From assembly GCF_009914755.1 (NCBI RefSeq), contig NC_060927.1: a stretch of 64,000 bases of DNA; one strand, 5' to 3'. Source of the stretch: the human T2T-CHM13v2.0 reference genome, Homo sapiens. Of the stretch, positions 16,721-30,160 are shown in pieces. The translations under genes and the position numbers were made by a program. Position 1 is the stretch's first letter. Each line of letters begins with the position of its first letter. The notes below the pieces were generated by a model. That model was not told the DNA's origin and did not search any database. It saw only the letters and a program-made list of their open reading frames with translations.

Positions 16721-17555
16721 TATTATTTTGACCCATACCCTTGAAATACAAAGATGTTGATTATGTTTATAATTGCATATTTAACCTCTACCTCCTTTGT
16801 AGACTGTGGCCTCCAGGGACCACGTCTGCTTTCAGCCCTGTCAGCAGAGCTTAAGCACACATCTGGCACTCAGTAACTATTTGAAGGACTGAATGACTCA
16901 AGGAAAAAGTGGAGGATCATCTCAAGAGTTAGATATGCAGTAGGATGAGAGTTAAAATACAATTTGCCAAAGAGGAAAAGTGACAATGCCGCCAGCAGAA
17001 TTGGGAGTCACTTCCGCAGTAGGAAGGCTGTTCAGTCTCGGAACTTGAGCCATGTCAAGCCTCTTTGGACCCTGGTGGCCCACAGGATGGGGTGTCCTGT
17101 GTCCACAGAGGGGCTGTGCTTAAACCCTTGGTCACACTTATACCCTCCTGGGTGTGGGTGGCAGATAGAAGCCCCCATCTTACTAGTCAGAGAGAACAAA
17201 AGACCTGGAACAGTTTCCCTGTGCAGTCAGCCAGTTTTGGGCGCTAGGCCAGCTGACTGCTCAGTTTCATTTCTTGTTGTTTTACACAAGTACCTTTATA
17301 TATGAGTAGAGAAACACGAACAAGAGACTGCTGTGAGGACACATTTTATACTATTGTTCCAATTTCATTAATGGCCTTGAAGGATATCCCTCTTATGATT
17401 GCCACAAGTATCCTGCTTTCATTATTAAATACCAGTTATTTATTATATTCTATACTTCTTTTTGGCTCTGTGTGCCAACTTTTTCTGGGACCTCCTGAGT
17501 TAAAAGTGACATTTAACTCTAGGGCAGGTAGTCTGAGAAAATGCTGTCCCACTGA

Positions 17556-18254
<699 letters not shown>

Positions 18255-18469
18255 CTATTCAGCTTTTAAAGACAACATTACTGTCAGATTAAAATCAGCA
18301 AAATTCTCTTTGGTTTAGTGTCATCTATATTGGACTTTCACAGGTCTCATATGCCCCAACTTCATCTGCAGGTTTTGACCTCAGATCTCAGTGACATCTC
18401 CTGCCAGGTCCACTTCCAGTCTCAGGTTATTATTTGAGAGGAGTTACAGAACCTTGGCTCAGATTCACA

Positions 18470-18670
18470 AGGTGTGCCTTACACTTTAGACTGTTAGGCA
18501 GCATTTGGGGGTTATGACCATCAAATTGAATCCTCAGACCAATCTCAGGGGAGGAGATGTACTATTATTGCCCCTACTTCATAAATGACCAAACTGACAC
18601 CCAGAGAAGTTAAATAAATTACCAAAAGTCACAGGGGAGGAAGTGCTGCACCTGGGATGCAAAATTAGCT
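18470..18670 (-). mobile_element. MIR SINE
   Basis: actattattgcccctacttcataaatgaccaaactgacacccagagaagttaaataaattaccaaaagtcaca. Confidence 0.75.
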
Positions 18671-20289
18671 GAGTTTGTTGTTGTTTGTTTTTTCTGTGAC
18701 CAGTGGGTAAACGTTAGGATTTCTGGAAAGCAGCTTTTGTTGATGAATATTTGCCACATTTTTCTTTGATCTGGTAGTGTGGAGTGATGGGAAGTTGTAA
18801 TAAATTTGGAAAACAGACTATCAAAGGTACAGGTTGAATTGAGTCAGGTAGGCGGCTTTTCTGTTTTCTTCCTCTATTGGGTTACAGCATGGTGTCCTGT
18901 AGTATCAATGCTATTGCATCTGTATTTCCTAGTCACCCTCTACAATATCCATGATGCTCTTTCCTGGAAGTTTTGCTCTGAGATGAAGCAAGAGGCACCC
19001 GTGGTCAGATAGATGCTGGGGCAGTGAATGTGTTTGTGGTGTGTGGGAACATATCTATAATTGGCAGCATTTCTATACCAAGGGCCTTGTGTGCTTCTTA
19101 CTGTAGAAGACAAATCTTTCCTTGGGTGAATATCTTTGTTTGTTTATTGTTTTCTTGGATGTGCTTGCAAAAGAAATGTTCTAGAATATTTTCCCTGAGG
19201 AGGAAAGATTCTAGAATATTTTTCCTGAGACTTGTGACAGTCGGAGGTGCCTGATAGAGTGAATCAGACACTGTTCTTGTGTTTGCTTTTGCTCCCTCTG
19301 CCCTTTTTTCTATTATCTTTCAGCTTAATAGACTAAAGAGGGGAAAGAGGCAGAGCAGGTGACACCTGCTCCTGAGCCAGGAGGGCCTCAGGGGTCCCTT
19401 GGGAGTGTCTGCGGATGGGATTCTATATACCCTTCCAGTGTGGCAGCAACCAGCTCTGGATTTGAAAAGTTCACCTGGACTCCACAGAGGGGTGGGGCAG
19501 CGGTTGTTGTCATATTTGCTTTTTCTGGGAGAGGTAACTGTTTCCTGCTGCACGGTTATCATGTTGAGGGTTGGGAAGCAGGGCATGTTGACGATAAGAA
19601 TTTAATGAATGCATATGAGAAGAGGAGATTCAAGCCACTGAGCAGTGTATTGCCCTAGGCGACTTCACGTTTCAGGATGGTGAGATATTTAAGGGAGTAT
19701 ATTTCAGATCATCATGGAAGAAAAGATGTGCAAGAAGCACTGGGATAAGAGCCCTTGTCCTTCCCTGTGTTTCCAACAGCAGGTGGGCAGTCCACCACAC
19801 CGAGAGCCTTATGAATCACCTCTCAGTTTTGTCCATTGTCCTTGTTCTTATAATTCATTTGTAGCTTTAAAAATATGATTAGGTCTGCCCTTGTGCTCAT
19901 TATTCCATGTGGCAGAGAGGACGTGTTTTAATATATCCTTCGCTTCTAATTGTAGTGTCTGCATGTCAGGGTTCACTGGTTGGAGAAAACGAGCCCTGCT
20001 TTTGTAAAGCAGTTAATTGAACCTGGTAACGATGATTGCCTGCAGTCCCCTGGGGTGGTTCTGGTCCCTGGGCTTCACCCCTCATGGTGGTTTCCAGCGG
20101 CTAATGTGCTGTGACACTGAAGATTTTTCAAAAGGTAACAGCAATAGCAAATTGGAGTTTGTGTACTACAGGCCCTAATTGCAGTAGTGTTAGTAACCTT
20201 TTCTGAGTTTGTATCCGTCTCTGGTGCTAGGGACGTTTGAAGAGCATGTTTCCAATTTTGAAATGTTTAAGAAAATGTTTAAGGAAACA

Positions 20290-21180
20290 GACAAAGGACC
20301 AGTATGAAGGATATAGAAAGAACCCCTTCCATATCAATAACAACAATATCAAAATAAAAACTCATCAGTATCAATCTGCTGCAAAGAAACAGTAGATATA
20401 TAGGCAACAGATACGAAGAGTGAGTTGACAGGAGTGGAATTCCATGGACAAAGAAAAGATGCTCAATCTCATTAGTAATCAGGGAAAAGTAAATTAAGGC
20501 AGCACCATTTTAACAATCAGTTGGCAAAATAATAATGATGATGATGATGATGATGATATCAAATGTTGGTAAGGGCCTGGGGAAATGAGGTTCTTGCTGG
20601 TATAGCCACACTGCAGATCCATTTTGCAGAAGATTTTAAAACTAAAAATGCACAGACCCTACGAACCAGCAACTCCACGCCTTGCAATCTGCCTACAGAA
20701 ACACTAACTAACACATGTGCACCAGAATGCGGTGTTGTTTGATTTAGCAAAAATTGACTAACTGCCTAAATGTTTGCCTGTGTGGGAAAAGCTAAAGCAA
20801 CTGTGGCCTATCCGTGGAATGGGACAGCAGGCAGAAACGTTATTCCTTCTAGAATGAAGCAATTCTACAGGTAATGGCTGGGATGATGCCCAGAGAATAT
20901 TGTTAACTTTAAAAGGCAGAGGCAGGATTCAGAATTATTTGTACAATATGATATAATGCAAGTTAAAAGGGAAACTGATCATATATATTTTGCATGAATA
21001 GCTAAATACGTCTATCATGAGAGAGGAAAAAGTCTGTTGATGACATCTGGGAAGGGCCTGGAGTTAGCAGTGGGATCAAAGGGGATATGTGCCTTATCTG
21101 GGATGCTTAGATTTGTGTAAGAAAATTATTTGGGGGTAATCAAAATTGAATTTAAAACATTTTTAAGATAAAAAGAAGAA
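20290..21180 (+). mobile_element. L1ME 3' fragment containing an (AAT)/(GAT)n run at 20528-20557
   Basis: aaagatgctcaatctcattagtaatcagggaaa...tatcaaatgttggtaaggg...gacc...ccagcaactccac, typical of an old L1 ORF2 end/3'UTR. Confidence 0.75.
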
Positions 21181-21657
21181 ATGAATTAGAGGGTAAATAT
21201 TCATTGGTGTCTACAACTTGTTTATAATAGCTTGCAACCTGGCATTTTTTAATTTAAGCCTCAGGATCCTACCTGGCGTTTTGGGGAAAGTCAACTGAGA
21301 CCTGTGTGCCTCCCTCTCCTTTGCACCCTCAGCCCCTAGTACCGTGCCTGGCACAGAGCTGGTACTGATTCGCTATGCTCTGAATTCATATTGAGCTTGG
21401 AGAGCAATGCTTATGTGGAGGGCTTTGTTGACTGTGGGCTGCAGGCATGTATCAGTGATCAGTTATCATCATCTGCCTTGTAGTCAGAAGTGTGCCCCTG
21501 GCTTCTGATTCTGGAGAGTGGACTCTGTACATAGGCCCTGGTTTTGAATAAGCCTCTCTGGTTTTTCTGAGTAAAAAGTGCCTTAGCCTGTGTCAGAGTG
21601 GGGATTCCATCCTTTCCAGCTTGATGCTTTTCTCTGACCTACCTGGAGCGTTAGGAA

Positions 21658-22091
<434 letters not shown>

Positions 22092-22589
22092 GGTTAGAGT
22101 GAGCTATGGGACCTTCCCACAGCCAGGCTGCAAAAAGAGGCAGGAGCCCCTGGGGTGCAGGTGCAGCTGTGAGGAGAAGCTCCTAGCTCCTGGTTCCATG
22201 AAAAGCAAAAAGTGCTAATGTTGATTGAGGTACAAAAGGAGCTCTTTATGACAGAATGGACTTTCGTGTTTTTCAAAGGAGGCCACAGAATCTGTTGGTG
22301 TTTTTGCCCTGAGGACAATAACCACTCCCTCCTTTTGTGCCTGGATGTACATTAGCTGATCACATTTCCTGATGGGCCTGAGCCTCTCTGAAGGAAGGCT
22401 TTACTACATGACTCCTGGAGATGACGAGGCTTTTATCCTCTGCTGAATAACTCTGTTTTGCATTCCAGTCAGATGCTGAGCTGCAGATGGAGCCAGGACC
22501 TGGGGGTGGGCTCTGTACTCTGGGGATGGAGCAAGTGGCCAGGAGGCAACACCTGGTCTACTGTGGTCCACTGCACTTAGATTTCTCCG

Positions 22590-22800
22590 CACTGCCTCTC
22601 CTATCCTTGCCATTCTCTCCCTGCATCCTCCCATCCCCACATCCTGTATTTCCCATATCTGCATCTCTCACATCCTCTTCATCTCTGCATCCCCACTTTC
22701 CTGCATTCTCCATATTCCTGCATCGTCTGCATACCTGCATCCCCAAATCTTTCCGATTACCACGTTTCTGCATCCCTGTGTCTCTGCATCCCATCTGCTT
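22590..22800. repeat. Degenerate (CCTGCATC)-type simple repeat
   Basis: About nine ctgcat words in a pyrimidine-rich 200-bp tract. Confidence 0.7.
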
Positions 22801-22918
22801 TGCTCACAGAGCTGGACGTGGGGGTACAGAAAAAAGAGAGAAGGACCCCTGACCTGTTCTGTCTCCTCCTTGAAGCAGCCTCAGCTAGTGAAGGAACATG
22901 GATTTAGAAGTCAGAAAG

Positions 22919-23225
22919 AGCTGGGCGCGGTGGCTCACGCCTGTAATCCCAGAACTTTGGGAGGCTGAGGCAGGTGTATCGCCTGAGGTCAGGAGTTCGA
23001 GACCAGCCTGGCCAGTGTGGTGAAACCCCGCCTTTACTAAAAATACAAAAAAATTAGCCAGGCGTGGTGGCAGGCACCTGTAATCCCAGCTACTCAGGAA
23101 GCTTAGGCAGGAGAATAGCTTGAACCGGGAGGTGGCAGTTGCAGTGAGCCGAGATCGTGCCATTGCACTCCAGCCCGGGTGACAAGAGTGAAACTCCATC
23201 TCAAAACAAACAAACAAACAAACAA
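22919..23225 (+). mobile_element. AluSq-like with (CAAA)n tail, inserted in a MIR
   Basis: TSD agaagtcagaaaga. MIR-like flanks 'gaacatggatttagaagtcag' and 'ttcttaggcaagttactaactcctctga'. Confidence 0.95.
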
Positions 23226-24824
23226 AGAAGTCAGAAAGATTTAATTTCAAAGGCCAGGTAGCCATTTAATAGCTGCGCAAATTCTTAGGCAAGTTACTAA
23301 CTCCTCTGATACACAGGTTAAGGATAAAATGAGAGAGGAATCTAAAGCACCAGGCTTAAAATTGTTTAAGCATCTTCCCACTCTGCTGTTCATCTCCTTT
23401 TCTGGAATTTCCCATGTATCCCTGTTGTCCTCTCTCCAACCCTCAGCTCTACCCCACCTGAACACCTGAGGATACCAGAAATGGCCAAGGCAGAGTGGGT
23501 TCGGGTTTTCCTCTGAAATTTAGGTAAATCAGTGAACTCACCTCTCTCTCATGATCACTTTTGGGGGAGCTCAGATGTTGCTTGTGTCAGTGAACCAGCA
23601 CTGAGTTCCAGACTCTGAAGCACTAGGCCCTGGGTCAGGCCCTAAGGCTAGAGAAGGGATGAGTTCCCTGCCCCGGAGCATCCCACTGCTCTGCCTTCTA
23701 ACAGCAGACTAAAGCTTTTGGAGGTCTGGCTCAATGAGTGATCTTGCTGCCCTTCCACAGACGTAGAGGGGACGTACACAGATGGGCCCTTTGGTAGCCC
23801 AGATTTCATCAGGGCAGTTAAAATCAGCATACTCCTAGCCTCAGAGACAGTAGCCACCTGCATGGCACGTTGGAAATTGGTTAGTTTAGATAAGAGTTGA
23901 GTTGTTCCTTCTGGTCAGACAGTTGAATTTCATGACTATAACTCAGGTGTGTGTCCTGGAGAATTTTTCAGATAGACGTCATCTCTGGCTTACATAGTGG
24001 TCAAGAGAAGAGGGGAGGGGCCCCTCTGTATCATAGATTAGCTGGTTGGAGACAGCTGGTAGACACATTATTATTTTATTCTGAAGGCACAGGATATTTG
24101 CAAAGTTTACTTCAGGCACCAAACACTAATTTGAAATATATATATGTTTAAGAATGCCATAAAATAGCAGTAATTTTTATAGCTCTAAGTTATGTTGTTG
24201 TTCTTTAGCCTTCCGTCTTTGTTATAAACTGCACTTTAGAGATGTGTCATAATATTTGCCTTTCCACTCCTTTTAATGGGTTGGGATATTTTGGAATCAA
24301 TTACACAGTGCTTTTGTTTCTCACATTAAATTTACCACCAGTTATTCCCTTAAATATTTTGAATACTGAAAATAATTTCTTAGGTGACATTAATTATGAT
24401 GCACCTCCCTACTGAGCTATTCTTCCCTGGCAATATTAATGATAGTGTTTCAGCATTCCTGACTGGCTCTGTCATTAATCCTTCATAAATACCAGCCCCA
24501 ATTAGTGTGCACAAGTGAAATCAGTTGAGCAGTGAAATGTGTGTGCCACAAATAGAGGATAGATGCTGTGTCTGTCCCTTGAGGAACAACTGAACTTGTC
24601 AGCTGTCAAATCTGAATTCTTAATAGTTCTTGTGTAAAAATGCATTCTTTGATTTTTTTTTTCATTTTACAAAGTAATTTGTAACCACAGTTGGTGGTGA
24701 TGTCTGTTTGTAAAGTCTTATCCTTTGATTTCTTTGCATTCTGTTAAATCAGAAAATCCTTTCTAGATTCAAAGATAATATGCTGTTAATGTGTCTGCTT
24801 GTACTGTTTCTACCTTTGTGTCTT

Positions 24825-24930
24825 CCTTGACCCTTCCTTGTTTTTCTTTCTCTTCTCTCTCCTTCTCTCTTCCTTCCCTTCTTTCTCCCTCCCTTCCTCT
24901 CTCTTCTACCCACCATTCTTTCCTTTCTTT
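24825..24930. repeat. CT-rich low-complexity polypyrimidine tract
   Basis: Directly visible. Confidence 0.85.
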
Positions 24931-25399
24931 ATGTTCTGCGTACCCTTTCTGTGTTTTGGACTGCATTACCAGAAGGCAGGAACGAGACTGTTTACTTGAG
25001 TATGTTTACTTGGGCGTGAACTGGGATGCCCTCTGCCTGGTCATTTGGTGTTGTAGAGTGCCAGAAAGCCCTGCACATGTAGGTTATCTGTGCGTATCTG
25101 TTGATGAATAAAATTTTTCATAAAACACAATTTTTGAAATGTGTTAACAGAGAGCAGTATTTAAATTAGCAAACATCTCGGACACATGTGCTTCTTCTCC
25201 TTGGGTCTCCCATCCAGAAAATGGCCGTTCATTTGGTTAAGATGTGCCGGGAGGGCCTCAGCATCATGCTTGGTGTGCACTCCCAGTTAGGGACCCAGGA
25301 TTATTTATTTTCAAATTAAGATACTTTTAAAAATGAAAGAGGAGGTATTGATGATTACTCGGACAAGAGCTGGAAGCCAGAACTACCCTAGGCAAATGG

Positions 25400-25496
25400 T
25401 AGGATCTCCAGATACAATATAGGACACACAGTTAAATCTTAAATGTAAATTTAACTGTGCCTCCTGTATTTTTATTTGCTGAATCTGGCAACCTTA
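25400..25496. mobile_element. MER53 (hAT MITE), internally deleted
   Basis: Ends taggatctccagatacaatataggacacacagttaaat and aatttaactgtgcctcctgtatttttatttgctgaatctggcaacctta match the recalled MER53 arms. Confidence 0.8.
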
Positions 25497-26330
25497 TTTG
25501 TAGTCATAAACACATGAGCCATGCTCCCTGCCAGTGCGGAGCGTCTAGTCTAGTAAGCATAACTCCAGGTTACTGTCCTCAGGCACTATGCTGATGATCT
25601 AACATGTCACAACAGGATTCACAGGTTAATAACATCCCCAAGGTCAGACAGGTAGGACATGGTATGGGGAACAAGGGATCAGGACCTGGACCAGAAATCC
25701 AGCTGCCTACAAAGCCCTTGTTTTCTCTGTGATACCCTCCTCCCTGACCAGCATTGTGGCAGCAAGGAGCTTCTTTTGCGGGCTTTTAAGAGATTCTGCA
25801 GGGAAGTTAAGAGCCCTCAACATGATTTCTCCACTGCTAGATTTTCCAGGCAGCAGGAGGCAACCAGCTGTTTTCACTGTATCAAACCCAAAACATGTCA
25901 GGCAGAAAAAATGTCAAGTCATTTTGAAAAATGTCTGAAGCATAATGTGCTTGACAGGGGTGAAATAGCATTGGCCATAGTCACGTAATTACTACCTCAG
26001 TGTTTGTTTACCATGCAGCCCTTTCTTCTTCCACTTGAATTAAATCAATCTGAGCAACAATGTGGCTTTATAAAACCCAGGGCTCGGCTGCACACAACAG
26101 TTAGACTTTCTCAGGTTCTTCGTAAGCGTGAAACTTGCCAGGTTGACTAAGCAACTTAACAGTTTCTTCCATGTTCATATCTTTAGACTAAACTCAGACA
26201 GACTTATTGAATTAAAGTAAATGAAGGTCACCTATTTTTTTCTGCAAACAATAAATGTTAAGATAGGATGAGGCACTGGGGGCCGAGATCTGATTTGAAT
26301 TTAAGCTGCAGCCAGACACCATAATGTGAC

Positions 26331-26349
26331 CATCCACTAGATGTCGCTG
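26331..26349 (+). promoter_or_regulatory. Candidate CTCF binding site
   Basis: CATCCACTAGATGTCGCTG closely matches the CTCF core CCASYAGRKGGCR; unique sequence with a retained CpG. Confidence 0.6.
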
Positions 26350-28687
26350 ATGATTCGCACCAGTGCAGCTGCAAGTCCATTTATGGATGTTAAAAAAAGT
26401 CTTTAAAAATGTTGGGCCAGAGTTAAAAAATCTGGAACTTTGATATATTTCTTTTTTTTTTTTTCACCTTTTACTTTTAAATATCTTCTTTGTGTCCACC
26501 CAAATGGGCCTTATTTCTGCTATCAACGATCTCTTTCTACCTTTCAAAATTTAGCAAAAAACAAATTAAAGAGGGTAACAAAAATCTGCCTTATTTAAAC
26601 CATCTCACTCTTTGTGTATGTTGCCTTTCTTCCAATATTTTTGTGAAACTCCTCAGATGTCATTTCCTTGATGCATTGGGTTAGTCTGTATTAACATAAT
26701 TTATCTAGTTACTGTAGTGTTCCTACATCCGATGAAGTTGATTTTCCTTTTTACAGATTTATGCTTGATTTATTGTGAGGAAGGAAAAATCTGTCTTACC
26801 ATTGGGGCTTTGCCCTTGACACTAGTAGAGATCAGATGCCTGTTGTAGCCCAAGGAGGGTGAATCTTTGGTCAGCCCTTATGGCTTAAAGACCCAAGCTG
26901 GTGGGATGTACCTGGAGGAAGATGCGATGGTTTGGGATGGGGATTATAAAGCCAGCCCTCTCTGGTATATGGAATAAATTCTCAGTTGGGCAACAACAAA
27001 AGCAGAAAGACTGGCAGCTGCTATAGATTTCCACTCTTAATGAGCTACATTTTTTTCCCCCAGAGCATGGCTAATATGGGATAGGATCCTCAAATTTAAA
27101 AAAGGAATGTTAAAAGGGAGCAAGATTAGCTTTAATCAACTAAAAAAAAATCATAAAACTAAATTGCAGAAAAACTTGAGACCCATGGAAAGTTCTCTTG
27201 TAAATATTATAATGGCAAGCAGTTTTTTTCCTTTCCTTTCCATTTCTTTTCTCCTTGTTTCCTTTATTTCTTTCTTTCTTCTCTCGTAATTTTCAAATGG
27301 CAAACCACCTGATTTGGGGAGGAGGGACTGGGTAGGTGAGTGTGTCTGTGATTGTGAATTTCGGCTAGATCCTGTTTTCACAGGAGAATGCTGGTATTTG
27401 TAGTACCCTCTTTAAGAGTGGTCATAAGCTTCTCAGCTGTGGCTGAGGAGCCGTTCAGTGAGAGTTGAAAAGACTGGTAGATTTCCTAGGGGTTATATCA
27501 TGATGGTGCTCTGTAGACAACTGGACTGCGAATAGCACTTTGCCAGACTCTACTCAAGTCCCATGCCTACCCTTGGTACCCAGCAATATGAAGCCCCCTA
27601 AAATGTGAAGTACTTGTCTTTTGCCACAGATTTTTCTCGGATGTTGGAATAGCATTCACTTGAGGTAATTTCTGTTTCATTTTATTTTTGAGGTAATTTT
27701 TAAATAGCCTTCTATGGATTTCATTATACTGCAGAAAATTTAACATCCGTGAAATAAGAATAACGTAATCATAAGAGGGTTAGATTTCCCAGTCATTGGG
27801 AAGAAAAGGCTCTAATTCCCTGATGATAATCTGACAATCTGTTTAGAGCAATAGGGAATGAATGCCCTATAAATGTGTACTTGACTATATTGGAGATGGA
27901 AATTGGAAAAAATGCAGCATCAAAACACAAAACACTTTCTGAGTTCCACCATAGTATGAATTAATCATATTTAATGCTAATTATGTCCTTGCTGCGCAAC
28001 TACTTTCTATGTAAATTGTGGGAAAATGTGAAAACATTTACAAGCCCCAAGCAAGTTTTACAATGAGCTTATATATGCGGATTTGTTATTTATTTGCTAG
28101 GTGTCTCTTTCAATCCAAATTATTCTGTGCAGATTTATCAAAATGTTGTGTTGCTATTTTTTACTTTCAAAAACATTACTGATATGTTCCCTCCCCTTCA
28201 ATCAAAGTGTTAAAAATATTGAGGTTGGGTCAGTAATACAGCTTTCATTGAGTTGTTGAGCTTGTTCAGAATTCTCTATGCGGATATTATGAAGATTGCC
28301 CATGGATTATTTGGCTTTTGTGATTTATAACTCTTTGTCTCCAGAACTGACAGTTGGAATTTATACCATCAAGTAACCAGTTTTATATCTTTGATTAAAG
28401 TTTTCAACTCAACACATGCAGAAATTGGCTTAATCCTGGACGTGATTTGGTTGCTTGATGGGTTTTGGGTATTCTGGATCCTTTGGATATGTCTAGGGTC
28501 TCCCCTGCACTAAGCTCCAAACCACTTGTATCCATGAGTCTCTTCCAGACCTGCAATGACTTTGACTTTTAGACTACAGTTAATGCCTTAAATATATGAA
28601 GATTCTGTCATTGGAGGGTTCCTCTACATTTTTTGATTATTAAGGAAATTTGCTTGACAACTAATTCTTTAGTGCAATAACTGATAA

Positions 28688-29442
28688 CAGTTGACCCTTA
28701 AACAACACAGGGGCTTAGGGGCGCTGACTCCTGCACAGTAAATAATTTGAGTATAATTTTTGACTCCCCAAAAACTTAACTACTACTAGTCTCCTTTTGA
28801 CCAGAAGCCTTACCAATAAACATAAACAGTCGATTAACACATATTTTGTGTGTTATATGTAGTATATACCATATTCTTAGAATAGATTAGCTAGAGAAAA
28901 GAAAATGTACTAAGAAAAATCATAAGGGGCCTGGTGCGGTGGCTCACGGCTGTAATCCCAGCACTTTGGGAGGCTGAGGTGGGTGGATCATGAGGTCAGG
29001 GGATTGAGACCATCCTGGCTAACATGGTGAAACCCCGTCTCTACTAAAAATACAAAAATTAGCCAGGTGCAATGGCAGGCGCCTGTAATCCCAGCTACTC
29101 AGGAGGCTGAGGCAGGAAAATCGCTTGAATCCAGGTGGCCGAGGTTGCAGTGAGCTGAGATTGTGTACAGCCTGGGTGACAGAGTGAGACTCCGTCTCAA
29201 AAAAAAAAAAAGAAAAAAGAAAAATCATAAAGAAGATAAAATATAATATAGAATATATTTGCTATTAAATGAAAGTGGATCAATCATAAAGGTTTTCATC
29301 CTCATTGTCTTCACATTGAGTAGGCTGATTAGGAGGAAGAGGAAGGCTTGTTCTTGCTGTCTTGGGTGTGGCAGAGGTGGAAGAAAATCCACATATAAGT
29401 GGACCTGCTCAGTTCAAACCCACGTTGTTTAAGGGTCAACTG
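28688..29442. mobile_element. Tigger2a-type non-autonomous DNA transposon split by an Alu
   Basis: Perfect TIRs cagttgacccttaaacaac ... gttgtttaagggtcaactg, followed by TA. Confidence 0.9.
28927..29218 (+). mobile_element. AluSc-like inserted in Tigger2a
   Basis: TSD aagaaaaatcataa; 'gagaccatcctggctaac' diagnostic; short deletion in the right arm. Confidence 0.93.
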
Positions 29443-29486
29443 TATATATGTATATTTTTAAAATTTTATGGTTATGAAAATATGGC

Positions 29487-29778
29487 TTTATTTTTATTTA
29501 TTTTAGACAGTCTCGCTGTGTTGCCCAGGCTGGAGTGCAATGGCGTGATCTTGGCTCACTGCAACCTCCATCTCCTGGGCGGATTCTTGTGCCTTAGCCT
29601 CCAGAGTAGCTGGGATTATAAGTGGTGCCATCATGCCTGGCTAATTTTTGTATTTTTAGTAGAGACGGGGTTTCAGCTGTGTTGGCCAGGATGGTCTCGA
29701 ACTCCTGTCCTCAAGTGAACCACCTGCCTCAGCCTCCCAAAGTGCCGGGATTACAGGCATGAGCCACCACACCTGGCC
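29487..29778 (-). mobile_element. AluS/J-type SINE
   Basis: Reverse dimer ending ...gagccaccacacctggcc. Confidence 0.92.
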
Positions 29779-29819
29779 GACTTTATAGCTATATTAAAAT
29801 ATACATTTCTAGCTTTATC

Positions 29820-30160
29820 AAAATATGAACTTATAAAATGCATTGATAAAATTGGTTGTTTAAACCTAATGTCCATTCACAGAGGCTCCTTAGATAAATT
29901 TCAGCCATCAAAACCATAAGGGTCTATCTGTGGCTGTAATGGTGGAAAAAATATACATGACTGTGTTTTCAGGCAACACGAAAAAAATCAAAACTGCAGA
30001 ATGCTTTGTATTTTTGTGGTCTCATTTTCATAAATGTGTGTGTTCATAGATATACATCTAAAAGCCTGTAAATCACCAGAATAATAGGATTATAGCTATC
30101 TCAACATTTTGATCCTTCTGAACCTTCTAATTTTTATATTATTTTTATTATCAGAAAATA
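29820..30160 (+). mobile_element. L1ME 3'UTR relic
   Basis: aaacctaatgtccattcacagagg...gataaatt, highly diverged. Confidence 0.45.
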
